DNA from: Guillardia theta CCMP2712
Lineage: Eukaryota; Protista; Cryptophyta
Direction: 5' to 3'
Length of the DNA: 64,000 bases
Assembly (NCBI RefSeq): GCF_000315625.1
Contig: NW_005434553.1
Span: 153,204-217,203 of the forward strand
This document shows, in pieces, positions 1 through 12,185 of this stretch (position 1 is its first letter; every line of letters starts with the position of its first letter). Under the pieces are notes generated by a model, which saw only the letters and a program-made list of their open reading frames with translations, was not told where the DNA came from and searched no databases. Position numbers and translations under genes: made by a program.

Positions 1-434
1 TGAATGATAGCAATAAATTGGTGAAAATATGAGCTTGACTTGTTCTTGACTGGATGAACGTCTTCCTCGGTTTACAAACTTCTAGTCTCTGCAAAGCAAC
101 TGGCAGACACTGCGTGAAAGAGTTGGCAGGATGATGGGTTGAATGTGCGCAATGCTACGGGGTTGTTGTCGTCGATGAGCATCATGCATCTTTTCGGCCT
201 TTTTTTTAACTGAGATATGAATGGCTATCAGATTTTTGATAACAAGTCGTTTCGTTGGGAGACTGGAGGCCTCCCAGGAAAAAGTCACGGAAGCGACGGT
301 GTATTTTGTCATCCGGTCACGGTCAGCATTTGACTGGTACGAGGGGGGACGAAATGTAGTAAACTCGGAGCAAAACCCCCGCACTTTGTTCCCTTGCACG
401 CTCCCGCCGGGATCAGATCGCGGCAGTCCCAAGC

Positions 435-1151
435 ATGTCGCTACAGCAGCCAGCCGACGCCTACATGGTATTCCCAAGAAGAAAGAGAACGGCGCCTGAT
501 GAGGAACGTCCCCCCGCCATGTCCATCACTAGAGAGTCCCTCCAACGCCTCTTCTGCATGCGCCAGGTCCACGCTGCGAATCACCTGGTGAGGAAGATTG
601 TTGTTCGTTTCCACCATCTCGTTTCTGACTGTAGAATGGATGTGCAGGGCATCTCGCTCACAGCCTTCAAGAACGCTTGCAAGCACCTCGGATACGACCG
701 ATGGCCATACCAAAAAGAAGGCGACGGAGCAAGCTTGTCGTCGAGCCCCACCACTACACTTTCATGGGAGTCAGAGAATGGGGAGGTAGCGATGGTGAGA
801 CCTATTGGTGCTGGAGATGTTGACAGCGAGAACAATCTTGCTGCCTTTGAAGTGACGAAGCTTTCTCCTGGGAACTCTTCTCCTCACTGGAGCTCAGCCA
901 CTCCCACAGACTTGGCATTGCGACACGAGGGCGATGGCTGCGATTCGTACATGAGCGATCAGCAGCAAGGGGAGGAGTCAGATGCATCTGAGGTCGTGAT
1001 GAGCTGCTCATCTGATGCTCAGGCTGGACCTACCCGTATGCGTGAAGAAGAAGAGGGCAGGAAGGAGTCAGGTGTGTCCATACAGTGGATCGAGTGGTTC
1101 GTTGGTGTGGGTTTTGAAGATCCAAGGATTGCGATGGATGACGAGGGATGA
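435..1151 (+). CDS. RWP-RK domain transcription factor, copy 1 (exons 435-587, 648-1151)
   Basis: Removing the 60-nt GT-AG intron 588-647 gives SITRESLQRLFCMRQVHAANHL|GISLTAFKNACKHLGYDRWPYQK, matching the RWP-RK consensus. The intron position is shared with copies 2 and 3. Confidence 0.9.
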   Translation: MSLQQPADAYMVFPRRKRTAPDEERPPAMSITRESLQRLFCMRQVHAANHLVRKIVVRFHHLVSDCRMDVQGISLTAFKNACKHLGYDRWPYQKEGDGASLSSSPTTTLSWESENGEVAMVRPIGAGDVDSENNLAAFEVTKLSPGNSSPHWSSATPTDLALRHEGDGCDSYMSDQQQGEESDASEVVMSCSSDAQAGPTRMREEEEGRKESGVSIQWIEWFVGVGFEDPRIAMDDEG

Positions 1152-1306
1152 TGAGAGGAAGAGCAGTGACAGAGCGTCTTAAAGTCGTGCACTTGCAACA
1201 TGATCGTGATCGGGATGTAATGATGATCACAGTGTACATAGGAACTCAACCAATTTAGCCTGTTGGAATGTACAATAAAGTTTTCAGCAGTAATTTGACT
1301 ACGCTG

Positions 1307-1856
1307 TTCAAATCCTCCAGCAGACCATTCTCGCCAGGTCGTTGACGATCGAGATGTAGTCCTGGGTTACACTTTGTGCGCCTCTGCGATTTCCTCGTCC
1401 TAATGAAGGGGATGGCGGTGAAGAAGTACAGACATGCTGACCCTTGCCGGGTTCATCTCTTCATTCCCTGGTTTGTCTCCGATAACATCACTTGAAATTC
1501 GTGACGATGTACCTGGACCTGAGGAGTAGACGTGTACGATATCCCGAAAGTTAATGCGTGGTTTGACAGCATTTCCGGGATGATGTTTCCGATGTTGTTT
1601 GAGACATCCTAGTACCCTCTTCTGGTGTGATGTGCGGGGTGACGGACGGGCTGGAGGACCAACCTGTACCGTGCCATTCCGAACAAATTGAACCGTTTAC
1701 AGTATAGCGGATCGACCTACTACGTTGGGATGAGTTAGCTGGGGTGTGGATCGGCAACCTCAACAGAAAGTCCTGTGAATAAACATCCCTTGCTTTTTTA
1801 AAGATCTCAAAGAACGGCATTCCTTGGCAGATTCCTGGGTGGCTGTCGGGAGTCAT
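1307..1856 (-). CDS. Small hypothetical multi-exon protein; exon structure and 3' end uncertain
   Basis: ORF 1551-1856 (MTPDSHPGICQGMPFFEIF...) plus minus-strand splice-like sites leading to a short terminal exon (...YISIVNDLARMVCWRI*). No recognisable domain. Confidence 0.3.
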
Positions 1857-2218
1857 ATGAGGCTCGGAGTCAGTACCGACCGGCCCGGGGGAGCCTGACT
1901 ACCTCTGAACGTCACTGTTTTACTTAACTTTGAGTAAACCAGTTTTACAAGATATAAAACTAATGGCGGCCGCCTGGAGAGATATCGCATTATTAACACC
2001 AGTCAGCCAGGCTCGTGATCCCATGGCCGCTACAGTGCGCCGTGACAACAAACCGTGACCAGTCTCCGAGGGTTTCGTGATCATATCAGAAGGGCACAAA
2101 TAAGCCAGCCATTTCCCTCGTGACTATTGACCGTATGATGACAGGGCAGGTGTAACAGGGATCTCTGCCTCTGTGCCCCTCTGCCCTCCTTTAACTAAGA
2201 CCTGCCCCAGCCCTCGAC

Positions 2219-2219
<1 letters not shown>

Positions 2220-2250
<31 letters not shown>
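2220..2250 (+). repeat. (CAG)n microsatellite upstream of RWP-RK copy 2
   Basis: About 10 consecutive CAG units. Confidence 0.9.
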
Positions 2251-2251
<1 letters not shown>

Positions 2252-2297
2252 CGCTACTAGAGGACAGCAACAAGAGTGCAACAGCGTCAACAATAGG

Positions 2298-2862
2298 ATG
2301 AAGATGATGCAGCGAGATGCCTATATAGTCTTCCCAAGACGAAGAAGGAGCGCCCCCGATCAGCAGCGACCTTCCGCCATGTCCATCACCAGAGCCTCCC
2401 TCGAAGCTCTCTTCTGCATGCGCCAGGTCCACGCTGCGGAGCACCTGGTGAGGCAGAGGCTTGTGTGAGGAGGGAGAGGGAGGAGGAGAAGCTGATGGGG
2501 AGGTTGCTTGGCAGGAGATCTCGCTGACGGCGCTGAAGAACGCGTGCAAGTCACTAGGGATCGATCGCTGGCCTTACTGCCGAGGAGACGAAGATGCGAT
2601 GGGTTCCTCGCCGAGTGGGAGCTTGGTTGGATATAGGAGCCTGCCTGGGGGTCCTGAAGACAGCAGCGCCGCGACACTGCGCATTGCAGAAATCGAAGAG
2701 GAGAATCCTGGAGCCGAAGAGGGCACTCCAAAAGCGATGGTGGTTGGGGGTAGCATGGAGTCAAACTGGAACAGCATGACCATTCAGCAGGATGAGTGCG
2801 GAACAAACCCGTTTGTGCATGGAGGATCGGACGACTTGTGGGAGGTGCCGACAGAATTCTAG
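2298..2862 (+). CDS. RWP-RK domain transcription factor, copy 2 (exons 2298-2447, 2515-2862)
   Basis: ATG at 2298 (MKMMQRDAYIVFPRRRRS...). The 67-nt intron 2448-2514 joins ...HAAEHL|EISLTALKNACKSLGIDRWPYCR. Confidence 0.88.
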
Positions 2863-3131
2863 GAAAACAAGGATGCAGCGAAAACCGCTACTCCAACCAC
2901 ACGAGCGACGGGATGCACAAGCAGGTACACCAAGGCCTCAAAGTTTGGTTGCGAATGTACAACTATCACAGTGTAGAAGCTGATTGAAACTTGTTTTTAA
3001 CAATAACAAAACTGTAATACTACGTGAGTACGACGTGATCAGGTGGCATCCATGACCGAAGCTGACAGTCAAAACTCATGTCTCCCCGATTCTCATAACC
3101 TTCCCCATCCCTCCTCCTCTCATTGCACAAC

Positions 3132-3837
3132 ATGGCAAGAGCGACGTATGATCCAGCATACATAGTCTTCCCCAGACGGAGAAGGAGCGCCCCCGATCAG
3201 CAGCGACCTTCCGCCATGTCCATCACCAGAGCCTCCCTCGAAGCTCTCTTCTGCATGCGCCAGGTCCACGCTGCGGAGCACCTGGTGAGGCAGAGGCTTG
3301 TGTGAGGAGGGAGAGGGAGGAGGAGGAGCTGATGGGGAGGTTGCTTGGCAGGAGATCTCGCTGACGGCGCTGAAGAACGCGTGCAAGTCACTAGGGATCG
3401 ATCGCTGGCCGTACAGCAAAGGCCCCACACAAGGAATTGCTACTCCATGCCAGACAGCAGCGTTCCATGTAAAGGACTCGCCGAGGCTGTCGGAAGGAAA
3501 GGAAGATGAGGATGAGATTGAGGACAAGGATGATGGGTATGTTGTGAATGTCAGCACTGAAGATTCAGAGCTTCTGCATGTTGAATCCCATCGGCCGTTG
3601 GAACTAGATCAACCCGACTCTGATCACAACATGTACATACCTCCAAGTTGGTCTCCTCAAGATCTGTACCTCGAGCCGCGTGACTCAAATCCTCTCATGG
3701 CTGAGAGCGATCCACCAGAACAGCATGATGGAGACTCTGCAGACGAGCCGATGGAACTGACAAGAGAATGGATCGAGTGGTTTGTTGGACTAGCACACGA
3801 CGACCCAACGATAGATATGGATGTTGATTGGACTTGA
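3132..3837 (+). CDS. RWP-RK domain transcription factor, copy 3 (exons 3132-3284, 3352-3837)
   Basis: ATG at 3132. The 67-nt intron 3285-3351 joins ...HAAEHL|EISLTALKNACKSLGIDRWPYSK. The acidic C-terminus ends in EWIEWFVGLAHDDPTIDMD. Confidence 0.9.
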
Positions 3838-3849
3838 GAAAGCTCAACT

Positions 3850-4308
3850 GATAGATGTTTGCACGTTTGAAAGTTGTCAACACGAGAGGTTCTCGTGCGT
3901 TTCTTGAAAACCTGCTGAAATGAAAAAGCATAGGCTTGAGAGATATCACAACGTTCTGTGAAAGGAGATTAAGGAAATCCTCCAGTTAGGCTTGTTGTTT
4001 CTTTTCGTGCATGTTTTATTAGATAGACCGAATCTTTCGATGCATTAAAAGAGGTATGATAGCAAGACGATATCTGAGTTTGATCTAGTTGCCAGCATAA
4101 GAACTTGGACTCAAACTTTGGTACTTCACCGATCGTAGCCTCAGTGCCAACATCAAGGAAACTGGCAGTGGCAACGAACTTTGGAAGATCGGAAAGATCC
4201 AGTGGAACTTCTGTCATTTCAAGTGGCTGTGTTGACCACAACTGAAGTCACAGTGTTCCGATCAGAATGTCCGCAGGCTGGTCTGGCAGTCACGCCTTGA
4301 CCGCCATG
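3850..4308 (-). CDS. Small hypothetical multi-exon protein; 3' end uncertain
   Basis: MAVK, then a GC-AG intron into LWSTQPLEMTEVPLDLSDLPKFVATASFLDVGTEAT, then further short exons. No recognisable domain. Confidence 0.3.
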
Positions 4309-5466
4309 CTTGCGGCGCTTCACCATCAGTGTTGATGATGCTGCCCGGCCTGCCTCACGATCGTACCGATTCAGTGACGGCGGCCCAAGTCGGGCCCCCG
4401 GGGAGGCCGCGCGGCGGCCGGCCGGGCGCGACTCAGTAGGCCTAGTGTTATCTTTCTTTGTTTTACAAGTGTTTTTTAGGGTTATCCACTGTAGTAACTG
4501 AAACTTGCCATGCCGCTGCTGCTGAGTTGCCATGGCGAGACTCAGGGGCCTGTCAGCTGAATGCCACCAGCTGGGCTATGACAGACACTGATCCAGCTCT
4601 GTGATGAACACGCCTGCGAGTTGACTTCAGTGAGATGATATCTGATGTAGGGCAGATAGTACTTGACTCTCACTCGTACTCAACGAAGAAGTTACAGTTA
4701 GTCCGTCAGATTTGCCGTGATGCGACAAGAGTAGGAGGGAGGAGGACACAATGGAGCAGGATTGCGAAAGTCAACTCTGCTGTGAGATATATGCTGCAGT
4801 GAACCAAGTTAAGAGGTCTGAAAGATGGAGATACTTCATGTTGGCAGTTGGTAGGCCCCGGAGGCCCTCAGGAAGTTGATAGTGTCATACCAACTCTAAG
4901 CAGGACTCGACCTTCAGTTGGCTGGATGTTTGTGCATTGAGACAACAAGTCAAGGCACAAGAAGCTGTATGAGGATCTGAATGATTGATGAAAGACTTCA
5001 TAACTTATGAAGGACAGAATGCTGTTTCAAGAGGGGGAACTCGCTCAATGATTGTGAATGATGTTGATTGAATAGAGGATTCATGCTCATTGATCGAAGT
5101 CCTTCAGTTGCTGATATCTAGATCGTCTTTTCTCTTTTCCATTACAAGCTTCTTGACCAGCTCACGCCCATTGAATGGCTCAGTCAAGGTTTTTGTTGTA
5201 TCAACGGCCGTCAACGTGATCTAAGAGGTACAAGGATGAAAGCGAGGTAGAGACAGAACTTTAGTTTCAACGCTCACCTTGGACTCAGGGGCAAGACGAG
5301 AAACCAATATGGTTCCTCAAACTCTAGAAGCGCCCTGTCTAGTGGTGCTCATTCCTCGAACCTGAGGCATACTCAAGTAATCTTCTCCACAGACTTGAAG
5401 AAGAGCAACAGCCCGCGCTTGCCGTGACTTCCATCTTGACTTGTCGACTCGCAAGTTGACTCTCTG

Positions 5467-6673
5467 TTGCAGAACTCCTCGGAGCCAGCAAGGGAACAGA
5501 GAGAACGAGCATGTTCAAACCCCTCTGATGCGCCTCGACCTGCGGGTGCGACGAAGCACGTTGCGATGATTGATAGCTTGCTCATCTGTGCTGATCAGAA
5601 AGTCGAGGATGCTTCTGAGAGTCAGGGTGGGAGTCGTAATGATCCCAAATCTTTCACAAGCAGGATTTCTCGCGAGGTCTCATCGCCTAGAAAAACAAGC
5701 ACGGCGGTAATGAATCATTATGTCACAAACATGGAAGCGTGCTTTTGCGTTGGGATGTCCATATGAATGATTCTGAAGATGACAGGGAGGGTTCCATACA
5801 TCAAGGGGCATGGACAGCGTCTCCGAAAAGCGCAGATTGTTTTGCAGTCCGTCAAAGTCAGGTGAATTTCATCCTATGTATCACGAATGTGTGATCTTGT
5901 TCTCCACAGACAAATCTTGTCCAGGAAGCGCCAGGAAGTCTATCGAGCCGGATCAAGTACAGGACATTATACTCCGCCTCGATCAGAACAAGAAATCTCT
6001 CAGAGAAGCTTTCCTCCTGCTTGACCGAGATCGCGACGGGTTCATATCGTATCGCGATTGGAAGGAGGGCATCCAGAAGCTGGACACGACAAGGCGAGTA
6101 GAAGCTGAGAACATGTCAGGTCAAGCTCTCACGTTCAGAGAATTTTCGAAGATAGCGGACGACTGTATCGACAAGTCGAAGTTCAGGCAGTGCGCTGCTC
6201 CTTTCCTCAACTGGAACCCCAGCCAGCAGTACCTCCGCATGTGGGCACGGGAGAAGCCTCCTCGGCTAGAGGTACCAGCAGAGTCTACGCCGAGACGAGA
6301 ATTTAATGTGCTGGAGGCGACTGAAAGCGTGGAGGGAGACGCGAGAGAGAAGAGGAGGGAGAGGATAGTGATGGAGTGGGAGCAGCGCTTTGACAGTGCG
6401 CGCAAGCAAGTGGCGGAGAAGATGAGAGAGCGGGGTGAGATGAAGCGTCTCACGGAGATCGCCAAGGAGGATGGGATGGTTGCTCGCATCAAAAGAGAGC
6501 AAGAAGCACAAGCGCGCTTCTTCAAGGAGTTCTGCAATTCTATCCCACCCAGCATCACGAAGCCTTATGCCCCAGAAATCCACATGCTTGAATTCGCCAA
6601 CGCCACAAGCCAGTGGTATAAGGGGTTGGGAAACGCAGGATCAAGCAGCAAGCATAGGATGAAGATGCAGTGA
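5467..6673 (+). CDS. EF-hand calcium-binding protein with C-terminal coiled coil; 5' exons uncertain
   Basis: LREAFLLLDRDRDGFISYRDWKEGI is a canonical EF-hand loop (DxDxDGxI). A charged helical segment follows, and the long terminal exon ends at TGA 6673. Confidence 0.75.
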
Positions 6674-6768
6674 AGGCTTTCGATACATGATGATTACTAT
6701 CATCGCAAGTTATCTTCCAAGTTGTTTGGCCAAAACCTCCTCTCGCGAATTCATCGATAACATGTAGT

Positions 6769-8122
6769 TCAGTTTTCCTCCTGATTGAAATACCTTAAGA
6801 TACACCAGGCATGCGAACAAACACAGTTCACCTCAAAACGGAGCTCAAGAATCTCTTCAATCTTTGGCATGATCTTGCTGATCTCCTCCTGCAAATGAAT
6901 TCTATCACGCCCAACCTCCGTATCAATTTCGCTTCCTGACCTCCGGCAGGGTGAAGTACGTCTTCTTCTTACTTTTTGTTTGCTCTCCTAGAATATTGTC
7001 AACAATCATCAAATTTTCTTCACTTCATTGAGCTCTACCCGGTTTTGCAATGATGAGAACTGGTTCCAGGGGCTCGGTGACCTGAGAACAGACGCATCAC
7101 ATGATCTCAAGACATCGGAGTGAGGCGTGCTCTGCAAGCTCACCAGGTACTCTATTCCTTTCTCCTCATAGCTCGTGATAACTTTCACAAATTCCTCATC
7201 CTCTCCTTCTCTCCCAGTCAGGAAGGGAAGAATTCCCAGATCGCACACCTGCTTCCCCCAGGTCCTCGAGATCTTCTTCATCGTCACCGATGTCTCCTAG
7301 ACGTCCGTGAGCACCTCTGGACCCACAGCACTACATGTCAAGCAGCAACACTGACCTTGCAGTGTGAGAACGACAGCTGAGTCAATGAGCTCGACATCTT
7401 GCTCAGCACAAGCCTTGTAAGCCCCTGACACCAGAAAGGCGAGGCAAGGCCCGCTGTCAACCTATGTGAAGAGGTTCCAAGAATGTTCACCTGGGAAAAG
7501 TTTGGGAATGTCATCGTCACTGACGGGAATCAACTCCTCTCCATCTGAATCCTTGTCCACATACGCGAGCACTACAGATAACACAGGTCAATGTTCGCTT
7601 AATCGAGTTCGCTCTAGAAGCATCACCGACGGGTGTATCGCAGGGGTAAACAAGTGCATATTCCTGTCCATCCACAACAACCTCCTCGTCCACGTAGCAA
7701 TCAATGGTTTTTCCTGTCTTGGTGTCCTTTACCACGACCTCGACTTCCTCCTCCTCCATGTCTGCCGTGTCGGAATCCTTGTTGCTTTGCTGCAGAACAA
7801 GAGGGGACCTCATGATTCTTGAATGCTGCTTGATCTGACCGAGGATTGAATCTTGCACGCTCCTAGTCTTGGCATCAAAGTTGCGGAGGGGCAGTGCTGA
7901 AGAAATTCTGCATGCGGCCAATCCAGGCGATCGAGTCAACGACGGCGTCGCTCCTGCTGAAGAAACGAAGCACGAAGATCTCGACAGAGGGAGAGGAGAG
8001 AGGCTGTGCGGCTGGCCTACAGAGGGGGACATGGCTGAAGCATGTGGAAGCGACGCAACATGAGCCAGCATGACTGTCGTCAAAGCAAGCATGGCGACCA
8101 CGTTCAGTCTCTCTGGCGTCAT
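6769..8122 (-). CDS. DUF3727/DUF1292-type cyanobacterial-like protein, nucleus-encoded with a bipartite plastid-targeting leader; multi-exon
   Basis: Hydrophobic signal (VVAMLALTTVMLAHVASL) and Ser/Arg-rich transit region. These are followed by KDTKTGKTIDCYVDEEVVVDGQEYALVYPCDTPV, then ELIDSAVVLTLQ, then an acidic tract, then YEEKGIEYL|..EPLEPVLIIAK, as in DUF3727 proteins. The last exon ends EEN* at 6769. Confidence 0.8.
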
Positions 8123-8139
8123 GGCGGGGGAGCAGTGGA

Positions 8140-8800
8140 GGGTCGGTACAGCAGACCATACGGAGGTAGGGTCCAGATTTTTGAGGGAGGGTAGGGGTAC
8201 CAATAGAACGGGTTCTTTTAACCACCTATTTCAATGAAGGTCAAATATAGGGTAGTATAGAGCTAATCGGACCGGGTACTCTTCGTATGCAAGGATGATC
8301 AACCAACTATTGCCATTGGTGGGTGAAAATAAGAGGGTAGCTCCACATTTTAGGGGGTAGGGGTGCCAGTATCCTCCGAGGGGTGTAGAAATGCACGGTC
8401 GGGGGCTGGAATTTGGAGGGTAGGGGTAGTATAATTGGGATCTACAGGGATGGGTGGGTAGTGAGGGTAATAAGGGCACTCAAAAGAGGGGGTAGGGTCC
8501 AACGATTTAGGCGGCCAAGAGAGGATCTGGGGGGTATGTGTTAGGGGTGGGTAGTGGATGGACGGGTGGGTGTTATCTGTTATAGGAAGGATCTCTTATA
8601 ATTATTGAAATAGTCAAAATGAGATTTTGATTTAGTTTTGCCGGAAATCCCTATGAGTAAAAAATCAGTCAATCTTTGAGCCCACCCTACCCGATTTCGA
8701 TTCTCATCCTTGGTATACCCCTTGTTTTGCCTTGAAGTACCCCTATGGACAACTGCACCCCTGCCCCTTGGAACCCCACTACCCCAAGGACACAGTGACT
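8140..8800. other. Non-coding intergenic tract, G-rich then C-rich (GGGTAGGG / CCCACCC words)
   Basis: Dense GGGT runs at 8140-8580 switch to CCC-rich at 8680-8800. No credible ORF. Confidence 0.55.
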
Positions 8801-8959
8801 GTTCGCAATGGCAGAAGTCGCCAGCCATTGGAACAAGCGCATCATGGGGAGGGATGAAGGAGAGGGGCAGCGAACTCAGAGATCGATCAATGTGTTGGGA
8901 GGAGGCAGAGAAGTCTACAACAGCGGCGGAGGCCGAATGATTGTGAATTTGTCATGTGG

Positions 8960-10615
8960 TCACCATTCTGTGAACGTGATTGAGCTAGTGCTGTGAAGTG
9001 CTAGGGGAAAGATTGTGAATGAGAGCGGAGAATGTATCTGGATGAAAAGAATGTTCAGCAGCAAGGAGTCAAACTGTAGAGGATGAATCAGGTAAGGGAA
9101 GAGTGAGAATGGACGATAGGATGAGAAGGTGGCAGAGGAAGGGAGGAGTGCTTGCACTGGTATCAACAAAGAACGGCTAGCGAGCCATGCTAGTCCCCAT
9201 GAACTCGAATGATCGTGGGAAGGACATCGGATTGACCCTGTTGCAAGGCATGTTTGCTGGAAGACCTTTGTAGTGATTGTTGAGAGCGTGCCCTCCTTGT
9301 TGTCAAAGATCGGCTCGCTGCGGGATTCTTGGCTCGTGACCTCGCTTGCAGGATGGCTTTCTATCAGCAGAAGACTCAGAAGTTGTGGGGGGACGTGGCC
9401 CTCCACCAGGCGCTCAACGGTCAGATCGATGGCGACCGATTCCATCACTCCAACCGCGCGGAGAAGGACTGGGCTGCTGCGTGAGTTTCGTGGCTGGATG
9501 ATGAGGATGAGGATGACGACGACGACGATGGAGATGATGATGATGACGATGGAGATGAGGGGGAGGAGATCCTGTTCTTGTTGTTAGCGGTGTTGATAGA
9601 GATCGAGATGATGGGGGTCATGACAGAGGGAACGATGGCATGGGAAACGAGTTTGAACCATATGATTGTAGTATGGGAGCAACATGCTAGCAAAGAGAGT
9701 ATGATGATGACAGTGACTTTGATGATGATGGTTGAGGACCACAAGAAGGATCAACACTGATAACGATTGCGATGCTGTAAACGTAGAGATGATGTATGTG
9801 AGGATGAAGACTTCATCCTGAATGTTGAACCATTCTCATACATGTTGACACGAGCAGTCAAGATCTGCACAACCTCCATCTGATTGTGCAGTTTATGTGA
9901 AGCATGCTTTTGATTGCAATAACCTTGACAATCGCAGACATCGCATCAAGGGATTGATCGGAAAGATCCGCGGAGCTGCCATCACAGGAAGAGGTGGGTG
10001 TTTTGTTTACACATCACTCTTCTCTTGCTACTTTTGTGCACTCCGACTTTTGTTTTGAACTCTGATCATCAACATCTGCAGTTGCGATTTAAGCGCATGA
10101 CACGGCCTTTTTTTTAAAATCTCGAAAGCACTTTGAGAATAGAAGCGACTTGAGAAGCAATAAAGATTGCAACTCTTGGATTATTGGCTCTTTGTAAAGT
10201 GTTTGCTTCAAATTTCATTCAATTCGTCACATCTCATATGATCTTTGGACACTTTCTAAACATGTTTGCATCTTTATTTCTGATAATGGCAGCTCACAAC
10301 TTCGTTTTTCCACACGTATACTACATCCAAAAGCTCTGAAAGCGCAACTCTAGGAGCTGGAAATATTTTCAGATAACTAGCACTTCATGTATGTGAGGAG
10401 TACAACCTTGTAGAATCTTTGAGCGAGCTGATATCATCAAGAAAAGTGTTTTCTTCGTCACCCTTCCCCTTGGTCTCTTCTTCTTCATCATCGTCGCTCT
10501 GAAGAATCTTGTGTAGAATGTTCTGCGACACCACCAATTATTGTGCTTGACTCTGAGGCTTGAGGAATGGGGGAGGATACCGACCGACAGACAGATAAAG
10601 GGAGAGGCAGAAAAC

Positions 10616-10677
<62 letters not shown>

Positions 10678-12153
10678 NNNNNNNNNNNNNNNNNNNNNNN
10701 NNNNNNNNNNNNNNNNNNNNNNNNNNNNNNNNNNNNNNNNNNNNNNNNNNNNNNNNNNNNNNNNNNNNNNNNNNNNNCCTCGTCTCCTCTTCCTCCTCCT
10801 CCTCCTCGTCCTCCTCCTTCCTCCTCCTCCTCCTCCTCCTCCTATTATTTTACCTGCTGACACAAAAATCGTGCATCGTGAAGCAATTGGGATTAACTGG
10901 AGGAGAATTCATCTACAGATAGTTATGCGATCAGTCTAGCAAGAGACCAATTTACCGGATCAACTCCGAAATCGTCTAAACTTCCCTTCTGACATCTTTC
11001 ATTGAAGGCGTCGATGAATTCTGCACCAAGACCCTCAAGCTTTACTGAGAGCGAACCGAGAAGTTTTTGTTCTCACCCTTGTACTCGTCTTTCTTCACCT
11101 CCTCTGACAATTGGCTGTTTCACAAAAAATGTTTCAAGGATTGAAGGAGGAGGCGCAGAGAATTTCAAAACTTGCAACGAGAATTGGATAACATTAAACT
11201 CCTGCAAACAAGAAAAGCAAACACCACAACACAATCGTACCTCAATGTCGGGTAATACAATATTTCATCCATGAACTCATCCGATACTGAGTCAAGCTCG
11301 TCCACCGTCCTTGCTGACCCGGGTTGGCCCCTTGCAATTCTGATCCAAATGTTTCAAACAGTTGAAGGAGGAGACGAAGTTAGAGGAAGGAAGAGAGGGA
11401 AGGAGCAGGCAGAAGAACGGGGAAGGAAGAGGAGAAAGGGAGAGGAGACGTAAGGATGGCAAGGACAGGGAAAGAAAGAGTATACAGAAGTAGAAGCATT
11501 GAGGAACAGAAGAAACAGGGTTGACAGAGGCGTAGGAAGGTGAGAGTAGTCGATCGAGCAGGAGAGAGGAGGCAGGGGCAGCAGGGAAGAGAATCAGGCA
11601 AGAATTAAAGGAGCAGAAGAAGTGAATCAGGTCATGTAGCCATTCAAGGTATTGCAATCGAACACTCAGTAGGAAATCAGTCAGGTTTCACGGGCAATCA
11701 TGTAAACATAGTTTGTAAGCAGAGGTTGCAGATAGTATTTGTGTCAAGAGTCTGCAACATGTGATTTTGTTCGCAGTCGACCTTTCTTCCCATTGTTTAT
11801 CGATTTCTTCTTCGTACTGCTCTGCTCATGCTTCAGTACAAGTGTCGGGGATTAGCAATTATTCTCCTTACTTGCTTCATTCGCCATCCTTATCAACTCA
11901 TCTTGTTTGTTTTCGGGCAGTACAAGATGAAACTTGCTCTGTAACAGGAATGAGTAAATTCAAACAGCGAGAGGTACAGGAAGCAGCCGGTAAGATGATT
12001 GGTCAATATAAGAGAAAAGAAGGAACAGAAGGTCTAGTAGAGAATGAGATTGATAAAGTGGAGGACAGGAGCAGAGGCAGGAGCAGGGGAAGAGGGGTGG
12101 GGCTGGAGGTAGAGCAGAGATAAGAGGAGGAGGAAGAGGAGGAGGAAGAGGAG

Positions 12154-12185
<32 letters not shown>

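Noticed and set aside
8808-12123. Plus-strand gene suggested by several short ORFs
   Set aside because: Minus-strand exons give more protein-like text continuous with the ankyrin gene, and the plus frames stop frequently.
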